Positions 28,110-42,909 of a stretch of DNA of 63,543 nt are shown here, in pieces. Source of the stretch: Rhynchobatus australiae (taxonomy: Eukaryota); assembly GCA_034780895.1 (NCBI GenBank), contig JAUZTB010000001.1, forward strand, positions 90,298,589 through 90,362,131. The letters run 5' to 3'. A model generated the notes under the pieces. The model saw only the letters and a program-made list of their open reading frames with translations, searched no databases and was not told the origin of the DNA. The position numbers and the translations under genes were made by a program. The stretch's first letter is position 1, and every line of letters begins with the position of its first letter.

Positions 28110-29240
28110 CAATGGGGAAAGCACATTTGCTTTGTGATTTTTCTTTCAAATTTGATGTTGCAACTAGCAAATAGGCAAGAACAAACTAGTTGATGTGACA
28201 TTTTTAAGACTTTCAGAAGGCTTTAGATAAGGGGTCACACCAGAGATTATTAAATATGGTCCACAGTATTGGAATTAATGGAAATGAATTGAGGATTAGT
28301 TAACAGACAGCAGGAATAAAGAGTCCTTTTCAGGTCAGGAGGCGATGAGCTGTGGGGTGCCACAGGGATGGTTCTGGGCCCCAGTTGTGAACAATTTGCA
28401 TCAATTATTTGGATGAAGGACCAAGTGCAATATTTTCAGGTTTGCTGATTATACTATGGTGTAGTGTGGGCTGTGAAGAGGCTTCAGAAGGATTATATTC
28501 CGGGTAAGTGAATGGGCAGGGGATGATTGATGGGATACAATGTGAACAAATGCAACGTTATCCACTTTGGTGGAAAAAGTAGAAAGGTGAGAGAATGAAA
28601 AATGTTGAGATGGACTTGGGTATCCTTACACACAAATCACGTTTAACACACAGCTTCAACAGGCAATTAGGAAGGGTTTGAGTACAAGAGCAGAAATGCC
28701 TTTCCTCGATAAATACAAGGGCATGGCAAGTCAAGGTCTGGTCTCCCTACCCATGGAAGGATATACTTGTGGTAGGAAAATCATAACCATGACAAAGGCT
28801 TACCAGATTGATTCCTGGGATGACAGGTTTGTTGCATAACGAAAGATTAAACAGGCCATGCCTATAATCTTTAGAAGAAAGGGAAGTGACCTCATTGAAA
28901 TATACAAAATTCTTATGCAAGTTAACAGAATAGATACAGAACTGATTTTCCCCCTGGCTGGGATGTCTAGAACCAGGAATCAATGCCTCAGAGCAAGGGA
29001 CTAGCCATCCAGCACCGGCTTGAGAAAAAATTTCATCACTCAGAAGGTAGCAAATCTTTGGAATTCTATATGTACCTGACAAGACTGTAGAGTCTCAGTC
29101 ACTGAGTACATTCTCTGTTTATAAGCCTTTGGAATTTTAAGGGAACATGGAGGTAAATGCAGAAAAGTTACTGCATGATCTTACTGAATGGCACCGCCGG
29201 TTTAAGGGACCAAGTGGCCAACTCCTGGTCCTTTCTCACA
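28110..29240 (+). mobile_element. CR1-type LINE (RT to 3' tail)
   Basis: DFQKALDK, GVPQG, FADY motifs, then 3' tail aagggaccaagtggccaactcctg. Confidence 0.8.
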
Positions 29241-30054
29241 TGTTTGTATTTTAAATAATGCAATGCCATATGGGGTCATTTACATGATTCAGGTAACCTT
29301 ACTAAAAATCATGAAAGGCAAGCATTCAATAGGTAAGTCATCAATTAATATCACTGCCTTAGTTATGAATAAATGAATATACCATATACCACTAAAATAC
29401 TGCACATTTAATGAGAAAAACATCCGCATGTTACTTTAAAAATACTTACTGTCCCTAAAGATTTGGCATCTTCATTCTAATTCAAATCAAAACTAGAAAT
29501 TATTCAATAAATTGAAGATCAATGTTAACTTGCCTATTTTTAGTCCTCAAAATTCACAACACTGTCAGTAACTCTGTTCTTAATTTATTACTTGTAAAAT
29601 ACAGGGATTAAGAGAAGACCAAATCTAAAAATAACTTAAGCAAACCAACAAATAAAAATCTCAAATGTCACAGAAGTACAATTTAAGTGAACAACAATAA
29701 TTGAAGCTACACCTCCATTCATTAAAAAAAAGTTCTACAGCCTTTTGGTGCATCAGTACTTCAACTTTTAAATAGGCCAGAATGCCACTCTACTCACTTT
29801 GGAAAATGTAAAATTCTGAGCAGGTTTGCAATGGAAAGGTAAACTCACTAAATCAAGATTTTTATAATTGATGTCACCAAGCATGCTGAGGATGGTGATC
29901 TGGGAGATTATATCATGATTGGAGACCACAGATAAGTCTCAACTAAAATATCACTTCAAAAAATAATGGGCATATCTTTCCCTTCATCACCCAAACATAG
30001 AAAATAATACAAAAAGCTGTTGTGTATGATTTATTTCAAATAAATCTGACCACA

Positions 30055-30160
30055 AAACAAAGACAAAGAATGCTGAAGATACTCAACAGATCAGGCTTCA
30101 TTTGTGGGAAGAGAAATAGACTTAATGTTTCAGCTGAAGACCCTTCATGAGAACCGGGGG
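30055..30160 (-). mobile_element. Penelope-like pLTR fragment
   Basis: aagaatgctgaagatactcaacagatcaggc...aatgtttcagctgaagacccttcatgagaac. Confidence 0.6.
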
Positions 30161-31049
30161 CACCTCTGCTCCCCAAATCAAATTTATCAGCGAGATGTTT
30201 TAGTCACACGAGGTGTGTTGCTGGAATTGTCTTTATCAATTTTAGATTACTATCCTTAAAATTTCTATTCCCTGCAACATTATGGATGCTCAATGGTCAG
30301 CAAATGGTCAGCACTCAGTGGGCCAAAGGGCCCGTGTCCACACTGTACAACTCTATGGCTTACCTGAAGCTTTCTTCATCTCATGTCACAGGGAAGGCTA
30401 CCACCATGGTCTGGAGGTGTGTAATTTTCTTCCCCAATAATAATTTATTTCAATTATTATCCATATCTTATATTTCCTTTTTATTACCTGATGTAATTTG
30501 TGCCTTACTGAGGACTGCAAAAGAACTGCTTCACGACTTCCCTTCCCTCCATAAGATACCTTATAATCTTCCTGAGTTGCAGCCTATTGAACTAAATAAT
30601 TCTACAATATTTGTTTAAATGATTTTGCCAACTCTCAAACCCATTATCAATACACTCCTCCTCTCAGCCTAAATAGGATTTGCTTTCGTCCATTCTGGTG
30701 GTCAGCTGGATCATCCAAAATTGTAACAGCCTTAGTCAATGGCCTACCATGAGGCAATGAAACACCGGTATGCTCTGTTGTCAAAGTTGATGAGACTTGA
30801 CTCTTGAAATGGATATTCTCCAGCCAGGATTACCAATAGATGGCTCATTCTCCAGGCAGTTACGCACAGCTCCAATAACAGCATCCCATCCAGCCACATA
30901 TACACCAAACTCACTGTCCAACAGCAAGTTGGTGCATTTCAATCCAACATTGGAGCATCCAATAAATTCCATAATTCATGATAGGGCAAGCAGTAATACA
31001 AGGCTACATATCAGTGATCACTCTTGTATATTTAGGCTACAGTTTAAAA

Positions 31050-31250
31050 AAAAATTGTACTTATGTAGCACTTTTCCAAGAATGTCTGAACAGACTTTGA
31101 AATACTACAGCAATATAGTCACTGTTATAATGTAGGAAATGCTGCACCCTAATTTAAAATAACAAGGCCCCACAAACTACATTATCTTAACAAGATAACC
31201 CTATTTTTTTCTGTGGTCATTGAGGAATAAATATTGGCCTGGACAGTAGA
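31050..31250 (-). mobile_element. Deu-domain SINE 3' half
   Basis: tagtcactgttataatgtaggaaatgc...cccacaaac...tgaggaataaatattggcctggaca. Confidence 0.7.
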
Positions 31251-32065
31251 AAATTTTTGAGCCCTGAAGTTCAACTAGTATTGGTCTGCAATTACGAAGG
31301 TCCTGTTCAACAATTTTAAATGCATCATTTCACAGCTTAAAAAAATCTGGGTATTTCCTTTTGTTATTACTGGTTTAATAACTCTTCAAGTCATACTAAT
31401 ACCTTGAATGCAAGTTGCCAATTAACTCAGAAACACAGAAAAACAAATATAATTTCTGTAATTCTACGATAAAAGATGATCCAAATCACTATTTAATCCT
31501 GAATCTCACTGCTGAATTTCCAACCACTCCAGCATTAGGACATTTTCTTTGAGATATTGCTGAAGCATTTTTCTTCCTTCATGTATGTTAAGTCCTGCTG
31601 AATTGCATCATTCAGTTTGTACTCCATGAAGAAAATGTAACAGATATCCAAAGTAAATGATATCAGAAAAATCCAGGAGTGAGTCATGCAAATGAAAATA
31701 AACATTTACCACATCTGAAGAACATTGTACTTAATCATCAATCAAACAATTGTGCTATTGAAATATTCAAAGTTCCACTCCCCCTTTTTTTAAAAAACAA
31801 GGCATGAAACAGCTTAAATCAGCAACTTAAAGAGACAGTACATCCTTAAAACATTTGGGCTGAATTTTGCATACCAAAAAATTATTGCAGTAAACACACT
31901 TAACCAGTTAAGCAGATGTCATATTCAACATTATCACTGATTGCTTCTTCTGAATGGTTTTGAGGTTTGGATATGTTGCAGGTTTTAATTTTCAGTTAGC
32001 CAATGTCATTTCCCCAAAAGGAGTACTCTCTCTTTATAGATTGCTTAAAACAAGATTTAATATTA

Positions 32066-32314
<249 letters not shown>

Positions 32315-34569
32315 TCACATCAAAAGAAAACTAGATGAAACATTGACCTAACAGAGTTGACCATGCACTGATTAACACTGGAACACAAAAGCATACCAAC
32401 AGTAGAAGCCTGGAAATTCATGCAGTTTTAGGCTTGCAAACCCAAAGAATACAACCCATCAAATGAAGTAGAGAATAGTATCAATAAGAAAACAGAAAAC
32501 AGAATGTTTAATGCAGCAAATGGCTTTTAGGCAATGGGCCAACCTCTGCTAAGTTATCTGGTGTCCAATCCTAAATCACCTCCTCAAGAAGTAATAAATG
32601 TGTAATCCTGCACTTCACCTTATATATGTAGTTATTTTCACTGCAGATACAGGTAATATATATTGTATGTAATAACTCAACACAAATTCTATGCACAGAA
32701 ATGGATATTGCACAGTTGAAGTGGGAGTTGTCCCGTAATGAGAGAGACCAGCCTGAAAACCTCGGCTCTATATTAATAGATTGAGAGATATATTAGCTTA
32801 TTAACTTTTGAATCCTAATTATATCAATGTATGAAATATTTAACATATGCAAAATCCAATTTTGTACTTTTAACTCTAAATTTTATAAGCTGTAAAATAA
32901 ATAATAGGGGAAACAATTAAGCTTAAATCTAACTGCATTTCTTAATAGCGGATCATATACCCAAGGAAATGCAATATTCAGGCTTCCGGTTATTTCATTA
33001 TTAGAATGGACAGTGTGTGGAATTCCAGGTAAGGAATCATGCAAGACTCATCTTCCAAAACTATAAAGGAACTGCCTCACTTACTGAAATAAAATAAGCT
33101 AGTTGATTTTAAAGAAACACCTTATTTTGATTCACAATTATTTCACAACATTTTCAGTTTACCCGGGGAAGCTGAACATTTAGGCCTCTTCCATTTTATC
33201 CCATCTGATCCTTGTATCACAATCCTTTTGCAACTTTAAAGTTAATTTAAGGAAAATTGATGCTTGGCTTCAAAATAAGTTTGAGCTGTTAGGATCACTA
33301 CGCAGTCATCTAGTTATCATATGTAAAACATATTTAATTAAACTAAAATTGCCTAATCTATCTATGGCATATATCCAACCTAATCTCAGATTTCACTCAA
33401 GGTTTTTAAATTATGGACTTTTGCTCTATCGTCTTATATAATTATCCAGGTTAAATATCTTGGTAGTTTTAAAATTATTAATTTGAGAAACTCTATTATA
33501 TATGCCTTTACCATTATTTAAAAGTTGTATTTGTTGTTCAGGACTTCCTTGTAACAGCTATTAAATATTAAAATAAAACTCAAAATGAACATTCTTGACA
33601 ATCTGTAATTCAACAATTAGTTGATACTAATGCATCTTCTGTCAATATAGATTAAAGTACACCTGGGAGTTAACTGATAAAAAGGGAATGCAAAAATGTT
33701 AAAAATGAGGTCATTATTTGATCCAGATACAATATTGTAACGGCTGTGTCCCCCACAACAATAGATACAATTGGCTTCCTATTTTGATACACTTGTGAGA
33801 TCTAATGTGTACAGGTTAGAAAAGAAGTGGCCACAGGTGACAAGCATGTTACATTGTGCTATGTCATGATGCAATAGATTGTTCCCAATATTAACTGGAT
33901 CAGTTGAAGAGAGGGAACAAAAAAGATAAAAGTTTTGTATTCCAAGTGTTTCAACTTCTCACTTGATCAAGTTTAAGATGCCAATTGTGACAACTCCAAA
34001 GGGTCCACTTCCATAAGGAGGAAAACAGTGCAAGAAATGAAGAGTTAAGAGTAATTGCAATGGAGAGGAATTCTATACTTGTTATACAACAGGTGNNNNN
34101 NNNNNNNNNNNNNNNNNNNNNNNNNNNNNNNNNNNNNNNNNNNNNNNNNNNNNNNNNNNNNNNNNNNNNNNNNNNNNNNNNNNNNNNNNNNNNNNCAACA
34201 GGTGAGGTGGGGTAAAGGTTACCATGATCTTACTGTCTCCTACAACAGACTGTTAGATAATAAACATTGCACTTGACAAGGAAATAACATGATTCCTTAG
34301 CTACAACTTCCTCTCACAAGTATTTTCAATGTTTTTTTTTCCCTCTGGTTTCCTCTTGCTTTGTGTGTTTGCTTAAAAATAGTTAATCTCCAACATCTGG
34401 TGAGGAATAACATCATGCATAGTCTCCAGAGATATTGCCTGGTCTGCTCAATGCGGCATTCTATTTTTACTTTTCTGTGACTTTTTTGAAAGTTAAACAG
34501 CCTTCATGGGTTTCAATGGAAGAACTACCAGAAACTGGGAATATCAGTATCAGTGAAGGTGGAGTGAGA

Positions 34570-35480
34570 GAAGGGGAAATTAACCAGGTTCTCACCATAA
34601 TCTACAGATTTATCAACAGAAGTCAAAACAAAATTCTGCTCTGGTTTCTTCCATTTATCACCCACAAGAAGGGCATAGGCAGGCAGGCTCATGGAATGGG
34701 TGGACATTTGCATTCAGGACTTAACAGAGTGATACGTTTTGATAGGAACAAGGAAAGGCTATAAATAAGGATACAATTCTAAAGGCGGTGCAAGTACAAA
34801 CAGACCTGGAGGCATATGCGTGCACATCTTCAAACATGACCGAACAGATTGAAGAAACAGTTTTCTAAGTCTTACAAGATGCTGCGCTCTGTAAATTGGG
34901 ACACAGCACAAAAGCAAGGAAATTTTGTTGGGCCTCTTTTTACATGTTTATTCAACCGCATTTGGAAGATAGTGACCTGATCTGGCGTTCAAACTTTAGA
35001 AAGGATACGAAGACCTTAGACAAGGTGCACAAAAAAATTATTAGAATGGTAGAGGGATGAGGGACCACTACATGGATGCACAGACAAAATTGGTTTACTC
35101 TCCATAAAGCAGGCAAGGTTGAGAGGCAATTTGACAAAAATATTTATCATTATCAGCTGGACAAAGAAAATAGAAATGAACTTTCCACTGGCAGTAAGGT
35201 CAGGAACCAGGGGTCACAGAGTAAAGGTGATTGTCAAAAGAATTAGTAATGGCATAAGAGAAAAATATTTTCCCATAATATGAAGTATGATCAGGAATTC
35301 ACTGTCTCAAAGGGTGACAGAAGCAGATTCAATCACAGCCTTCAAAATAGAAACATTAGGTATATGAAGGGGGAAAGAAAACATTGCAGGATGACAAGAT
35401 GCAGGGAGTGGAACTAACTGGATTAACAAAAACTGGCAAAGTTGCAATGAATCAAATGTTCAAGTGTTGTGCTGATATGC
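34570..35480 (+). mobile_element. CR1-type LINE relic
   Basis: gtgatacgttttgatagg, aactttagaaaggata...ccttagacaaggtgca, CR1 3' region. Confidence 0.65.
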
Positions 35481-35699
35481 TACGAATTGCCCTCTACCTG
35501 GTTACATAATTAATAATTAGAGTTTCTTTTTATGAAATGTAAAAACCTATTCATTAAGTATTAACTTTCCCCATGGATCATTATCTGGAAAATATCAAGA
35601 CCCACTTGCTGATCAGGGCAACATCATGCACAAGTTGCAATTCTTAGAAGTACTTGATAGACCCTTGAGCAAAATGCTAATATTTGAATATTGCTGATC

Positions 35700-36515
35700 C
35701 TGAAAAGCCTGCCTTGGCCTGGCTGAACAACTTGAGTGTTCTCATGATCCCAGAGTCCATTCCAACAGAGGCTTTTGTTTCGGGCAGATTCAGTCATTGA
35801 CTCCTGAAGGCCATCACACCATCACACACAGTANNNNNNNNNNNNNNNNNNNNNNNNNNNNNNNNNNNNNNNNNNNNNNNNNNNNNNNNNNNNNNNNNNN
35901 NNNNNNNNNNNNNNNNNNNNNNNNNNNNNNNNNCAGTATGATTGATTTTTTTTTCACTGCCAGATTGGAGTGAGGAGCAGGGACCAGACAAAACAGAAAA
36001 CAGTCACCCTAATGCTAATGTTGGGGATTAGGCACAGAGTTAGCAACCTTGCCCCATAAAAAAAATCCAAGTATGTTACTGAAACAGCAATGGGGTGGTC
36101 GGGGGGGTGGGGGGTGGAGAGGAGGAAATACTATTACGTGTGTTGGCCTGCAGGAATCAATGACTCATATGACTGTCAGTTGTGAAAGCCAAAATGAATC
36201 CACTGGCATGAAGAATGAAGTGCTTCACACCAAGATACACAACGAAATTGGTTTTTTGGAATGTACTGACAATGTATGAAACTGGAAAGCTAGTTCAGGT
36301 CATAGCAGTGATGAGCCTCTGCAGATTAAAGATCTTGGGGGTCAGAATAAAAATCTATCTGGAGGCATCACAAAAAGTTATGGACACGGAACTGAAAAAC
36401 CTGGGGCAAAGCTGGAAAACTACTGAAAAACTTGCCAGAAACAGCTACAGATTGAACATCGACAGATAAAAACAGCTTTACTGCTGCCCCAAATGCCAAA
36501 GGCATAACGGGCTTA
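35700..36515 (+). mobile_element. RTE-clade LINE, internally deleted (5' UTR and endonuclease start fused to C-terminus)
   Basis: ORF 36215: KLVFWNVLTMYETGKLVQV...LKILGV joined directly to DTELKNLGQSWKTTEKLARN; 5' UTR motif gggattaggcacagagttagcaaccttgccccataaaa. Confidence 0.7.
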
Positions 36516-36629
36516 ATATAATTAAATATTACTGGAAAGACACCTAATTAAGTCAACTTTATGCTGCTGCCATTGACAAAGTGAACTGTTCCACCCAACT
36601 TGTCCTTTTACAATGAATATAATAAGGAA

Positions 36630-37640
36630 GGGTGCCATTTTGAAAACCATATCTGTGCCAGCTCTTTGCAAAAGCAATCCTGTTTTCCCACTTTCCTGCC
36701 CTTTCCCAAGACCATGCAAATTCTTTCCTATGGGATCCGTTTTCAGCTCCCTTTTAAATGCTTCAAATTCAATCTACCTCCACTGCTACTTCCGGCACCA
36801 CACTCCAGGGCCTGACCATTAATGTAAAAATAATTCCTTCTCATGGTAATTTGGGTTCTTTTGACAATTATTTTCATTCTGCATCCCCATGTTCTCAACT
36901 CTTCTGCCAATGAGCACAGTTTCTCTCTATCTACAGCCTTCATGATTTAGATATTTATATCAGATCCCCTCACAACCTCCTCTGTTTGAAGGAGAACAAT
37001 CCCATTTTCTCCAATCTGTCCTCCCAATTAAATACCTTACTATAATCTATTCTATACATCTCTAAAACCTTTACATCTTCACTGAAGCTGTCACCCAGAA
37101 CTGGACACAATACTCTAGTTGTGGCCAAATTAGCATTTTATAAAAATTCATCAAGACTTGCTTGCTCATATACTCTTGTACTCCATGCCTCTATCGTTAT
37201 GCTTTTTTAATCTTTTTCTCAACCTGCCTTGCCACTTTCAATGAACTATGCATGGATAGCTCAATATCTTTTTGTGCTTGTAACCATTTAGAATTGTGCC
37301 CTTTAAGGATCCAAATAATACTCCTTAAATTTCTCAGCATTAGATTTCATCTGCGACATATCTGCCCATTCCATGTCTACATTTTCTTGATGTCCATTAC
37401 TATTCCTCCCCAAAGTTCACCACACCTCCAAATTTTGTATCACCTGAAAATCCAGTGTCTGTAACCTGTACATCAAAATCCAAGTCGTAATAGATATTAA
37501 GAAAAAGCAGTGATCCTAAGCTCCAGGGGAACACTGCTGTATACTTCCCTCTAGTCTGATAAACAAGCTGATCACTACTACTCCCAGTTTCAGTTTGCTT
37601 AACCAATTTTCAATACACACTGCTGTGGTCCCTTTTAATC
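36630..37640 (-). mobile_element. CR1-type LINE (RT to 3' end)
   Basis: Reverse strand VFPWSLGSLLFL...DTKFGGVVN; cccagaactggacacaatactc; CR1 tail. Confidence 0.75.
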
Positions 37641-38250
37641 CATCTTGGGCTGAGTCCCAGCCATGCTCCTGTTCCAATTCATAACCTCTAAGCAGTGGAA
37701 AATGTACACATAAACAGAGGGGAAGCAACATCACTTTGACAACAACATTTTAAATACGTGGAGTCAGGATTCTAGGTTGATCAAAAGTGAATATTAATTA
37801 GAAACTCATGTTGACAGAATTTACCAAGCATGGTTAGGTCTGGGAAATTATTTTTATATGGAATACAAGATATTCCTGAAGATGGGAAGGTAAAAAACAA
37901 TACTAATTTGCAGATTTTGTCAACTATGAATTACAAAATAACATTGATATCATTTAACTAGTTGTTTAAGACCTACATGTGTTTTCTTTATTCATTAAAC
38001 TAGAATCACAACAAACACTAGCTAGTGATTTGGCAGCATTTTTTAAATGGGAAAGCTTAGCTGTAGTCCAAGATTTGCAACATCAAAACATTATGCACAA
38101 AGCAGCAGACAAACATGCACTTCCATTAAGCCAACATGCTTATGAAGTCATGCAGCAGCAGCTGAAGACACAGAACATGCTTTAGGTTAAAAACAGCTGA
38201 GGAAGTAGTGAAATGCAACTGATATTTGAGACATGCACTTCGCATGGTCA

Positions 38251-38436
<186 letters not shown>

Positions 38437-39689
38437 TCAGTCAAAAAACAGGATGAGCAATTCTATTCTGTTCATGTTAAATAGCTCTTTATTTACACAG
38501 GCCACCCATAAAGTGGCAATTCTGTACCAAAACAGCAATGCTTAGTTCACTGAAAATCAACAGATTCTGTCACGTTTCAAAAAACCTCAACACCCTATCC
38601 ACCTGAGTAACTCCAGGTCAATATCAAAACTACAAACCAGTATAAAATACAAGCAATAAGTCATCAACAGGTTGTTTTTCAACTTTAACAGTAATGCTGA
38701 TATTTTATGTATCTGCAAATATGTATTTTATGTACATGCAATGCATTCAATGACTACACACCTGAAACTACGAAAATTAATTCCAGCTCTCTTACAGAGT
38801 TATAAAAAATTGAAATAAAAGATTCATTGGTGCAATGTACAATTAACGAGAATTGGATTCATAGCCAGTACACATTTGATAGTTTTCTACACAATTTATG
38901 AAGGACATACAAATGGAACAACAGGGAATCTTAACTGCAACCAATCCAAATATTAATATAACTATTACAACTATTACGAAAGATCTTTAGAGGAACTTCA
39001 AGCAATGACTTTAAAAGTAGGCATAGTGACATACAAATTAAATTCAATCATTTCTGTAGAGAAGTGAAATGAGGACTAATATCCACTTTCTGCCAAATGA
39101 TTCATCTCTCAGCAACACCAGTCTGTGGAGGTGCTGCAATCGCACATTCAGATGGAGAAGGGGCAAGTCATATAAGAAGTCTCATGCTAACTTTTCTCGT
39201 ATACATTGCCACAGGCTTCAGAACTAGATTTTTACAGTCTACACTCAGGTAATAAAGAGAATTTGGTGGAAACATTACCAAAAATCACACGTGTTATAGA
39301 CTGTACAGAACATTGACCATATGTTTTTTGTATTACTTTTTGCACAGGTTTATCTTCATTAAAATTAGTCATAGGAAAACTACCCAAATACTCTGGGATC
39401 CATGATCTACCAGGAACTGAGCTTTCAGATGCTCAGGAGTATGGGCAAAAGTTTCCTCCTGCCTCCAGCCAAACTTTTCTCCTCAAAACTTACATCTTTA
39501 AGAAAAGGTGAATCAAGGAGCAGACAGGAAAATAGGATAGGTAAAAAGGAAAAATGGCAGAAATAGAACAGGTGGTCATAACATTGGATTATGGGGTGAG
39601 TAATGAAATTAATGCACTGAAAACGGAAAAGGCAGATAAATTAAATAATCAAATCAAACTCAAAACGGGATATAATACTTGGTCGAGAT

Positions 39690-40510
39690 AGATTGCATTC
39701 AGACATTTTAAAATAACTTACAGAAGAGATACCAGAAGTATTACCACAAATGCTTAACAATTTATTAGCTATGGGTATAGGTCTGGAGAATAGGTGGATA
39801 TGTATAATCATAACACATAAATTTAAGAGGGACAGAACATGTGCAGGGAATTGTGCACCAATCAGCTATCAGTGGCAGAAAAAAATAATGGAATCCCAAC
39901 TAAANNNNNNNNNNNNNNNNNNNNNCGAGACCAAAAGCACAATTAGTAGCATGGATTTGAGAAGAAAAATCTTGCCTGATCAAACTTGCCCAGATTTTTG
40001 GAGATAACATGGAGAGGAAACAATGGTAAAGAAACAAATTTAACATCTAGATTTTAAAAAGGGCTTCCAGAAGGTAGTCCATAATAAACCAGTGACTGAA
40101 GCCTGAGAATGCTTTGCCAAGGAAAAATGGATTGTCAGCTGGCTTCAGGTAACAAAGCAGAGGGAAAGTAGCTGTGAATAGTCAAAAAAAAGTGATAATC
40201 CATAAACATCAGTGCTGGGATCACTGTCATTCAAAATTTACATTAATGATTTAAGTTCTGGAATCAAAAATAATTTCTAAATTTGCAAATGATACAAAAA
40301 TGGAAGGGAAGTCATTACTGAGGAGGTTACGAATAAACTTGCAGAATGGGCGAATGAAGTTCAATATAGATAAATGCTAGATGGCACAGGTTGATAAGAA
40401 CACAAGCAAAAAACACTTTTACTTGGAAGGTGCAAATCTAGGTGGGTAAGAAGAATGAAGGTATCTTTAGGTACACATACAGCAAACACTACAAGTTATG
40501 CCACATATTA
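39690..40510 (+). mobile_element. CR1-type LINE RT relic
   Basis: SVLGSLSFKIYINDL and SKFANDTK motifs at ~40210-40300. Confidence 0.7.
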
Positions 40511-42776
40511 GNNNNNNNNNNNNNNNNNNNNNNNNNNNNNNNNNNNNNNNNNNNNNNNNNNNNNNNNNNNNNNNNNNNNNNNNNNNNNNNNNNNNNNNNN
40601 NNNNNNNNNNNNNNNNNNNNNNNNNNNNNNNNNNNNNNNNNNNNNNNNNNNNNNNNNNNNNNNNNNNNNNNNNNNNNNNNNNNNNNNNNNNNNNNNNNNN
40701 NNNNNNNNNNNNNNNNNNNNNNNNNNNNNNNNNNNNNNNNNNNNNNNNNNNNNNNNNNNNNNNNNNNNNNNNNNACCTGTATCAAATCTTTTTTTATACC
40801 GCACTTAAAAGTACTACATACAATTCCAGTCAGCATATTATTAAATAAAGATTGGAACAGTGTCGCTCAAGTCCCAAAAGGAATATACATATTCCAGTGA
40901 ACACAGAGGATAGAGACAAATCTTTTCAGAAAGGTGTCTTGTTTACTTCCTATGCTTGCTGGCAGAAAGTTACATAAACACAAGGGTTGCTGAAGATGTT
41001 CTCAAGAACATCAGGAGTGAAGACCCACCTAGTGAGGGTGAGAAGGAGAGAGTAAAGAGAAGGGAAAGTGAAAGTTATTCTGAGGTTAAAAAACCTGGAA
41101 AAAGTCAAGATGTCTTGAAATTATTCCCCCCACCAGTTTCTTATCCACAGGCAGCCTGATCATCAGATTGGAGGCCTTCATAGCAGGAAGCATTCAACAA
41201 TATGGAAGCTAAAGAGAGCAAGTAAATGTACTGTCGAAGTCAGAGAAATCTTTGTGAAGGGGTGGTGCTGCTCAAGAGATATTCAAAATACAAAGTAATA
41301 CATGGGGAAATCTCAAACATGAAGCTTGCAGATGCTGGAGGAAAGCACTTCTGCTCCTCCTGACTCACATGCAGGCTGCATAGGTACAGGCCTGATCAAT
41401 TCAGCTTTCTAGCAGCTGCTGAGTTTCAGGGTGATTTGTACACCTGGTCCAGATCATAACTAAAAACAGAATGAACATTAAAAATGAAGGTGGGAAGTCT
41501 TGTTATAATAGTAAATGGCCATCCCACAAGCAAATTAATTATAACCTCTGTTAAAACCACAAGTTTAAACAGGGTTTAAGCCAAAATAGATTTCATTTTC
41601 AGATATTTTGCATTTTAACCTGAGCTGAGACCCAAGCCCATCTTAAAGCAGTTGGAATTCAGCACAGTAATTTGGAAAATACGGACAGAAAAAAACACTA
41701 AATCATGCTCAAAGGTACATAAACCAAACAGCCAGCTGAACTAACAAAACTTTGATGACTGTTTAGAAACACTGAATGTATCTACACAAGTACATACGAG
41801 CACAATTTAGGTGCAGGAGATGGCCACTTGGCCCCTCACATCTACTCCACTATGAAATATGATTATGGCCAATCTGATTACAACCTCGACTTCACATTTC
41901 TGTCTACGATTTCAATTTTCAATATGCAAAAGCAGCTATCTGGAACCAGTTGTGTCATTCAAATAAAAAATATTTCAAAAAGAGAAATCAATAGATTAGT
42001 TAAAGCTCAATGATGAGTTTAGATAAATTTTTTGTATCACATATATCTGTGATGATTGTGGCCTCATTTTTCACTTATTAATCTTTCTGAGGCCACAATA
42101 CCTGGGGAGGGCAAGAGGGGGGGCGGTGAAATTAATACTCAGTGAGAAATGTTGCAAGTTTGGTCTCATGGATTCATTAAAGACAGTATTATAAGGTTAA
42201 AGGCAGTTTAATAGAATTATTTGAGTACATTATGGAGCAATTTACAAAGAAAATACCAGAGTGTATTTATGGATTTTCCAAGTATGAGATCAAAATTTGC
42301 CTCCAGCACTTTTGTATCAAACTGGTGGTAATTTTTCCCATGTAAATGGCACAAAGTTGAGGAAGCCTGCTCCAATGCCACTTTTTGCCAGCAATTATAC
42401 AACTTCCCTCTAGAGGGCAGCTGCAGAGTGCAAACTTGCTCCAATCCTCCACCAGTTAAAATGAGTTTTCTGTCTATTGAATTTGGACCAGATTAAGACC
42501 TGCTGCTGAAATAATAGTACTCCTGAAACAGGAAAAGGACATCTGCAAAGCACTGAGGTAAGAATTACGCACTTGATGTATATTTCCACTTAACTGGGAT
42601 TACTTAAATTTTTTATAGATTTGATTTTTTTAATTCTTTCATTGATTTTAATTAGGTTCGTTCATGTCAGGTGATGTGGCTCAGTTTTATTTCCCCAAAT
42701 GTTCAAAGTACATGAGATTCAAGGTTTTATAAATAGAGAAATAGGATACAAAAGCAAAAAGCTAAACTTGTACAAA

Positions 42777-42909
42777 TTGGAGACACAAGAGACCACAGAT
42801 GATTTGAATCTGGAGCAAAAAACAAACTGCTGGGGGCACTCAATGGGTCAGGCAGCTTCTGTGGAGGGAAATGGACAGTTGACATTTCAGGTTGAGACCC
42901 TTCATCTTC
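42777..42909 (-). mobile_element. Penelope pLTR-derived short insertion with TSD, inside a CR1 relic
   Basis: tggagacacaagagac...tcaggcagcttctgtggagggaaatggacagttgacatttcaggttgagacccttcatc; TSD aacttgtacaa at 42765-42775 and 42910-42920. Confidence 0.8.

Noticed and set aside
30781-31135. Overlapping ORFs of 63 and 112 aa
   Set aside because: No recognisable domain or splice sites; the longer one runs into a SINE
40442-40900. Long ORFs spanning N runs (also 43153, 58006, 61910)
   Set aside because: Length is inflated by Ns that hide stop codons
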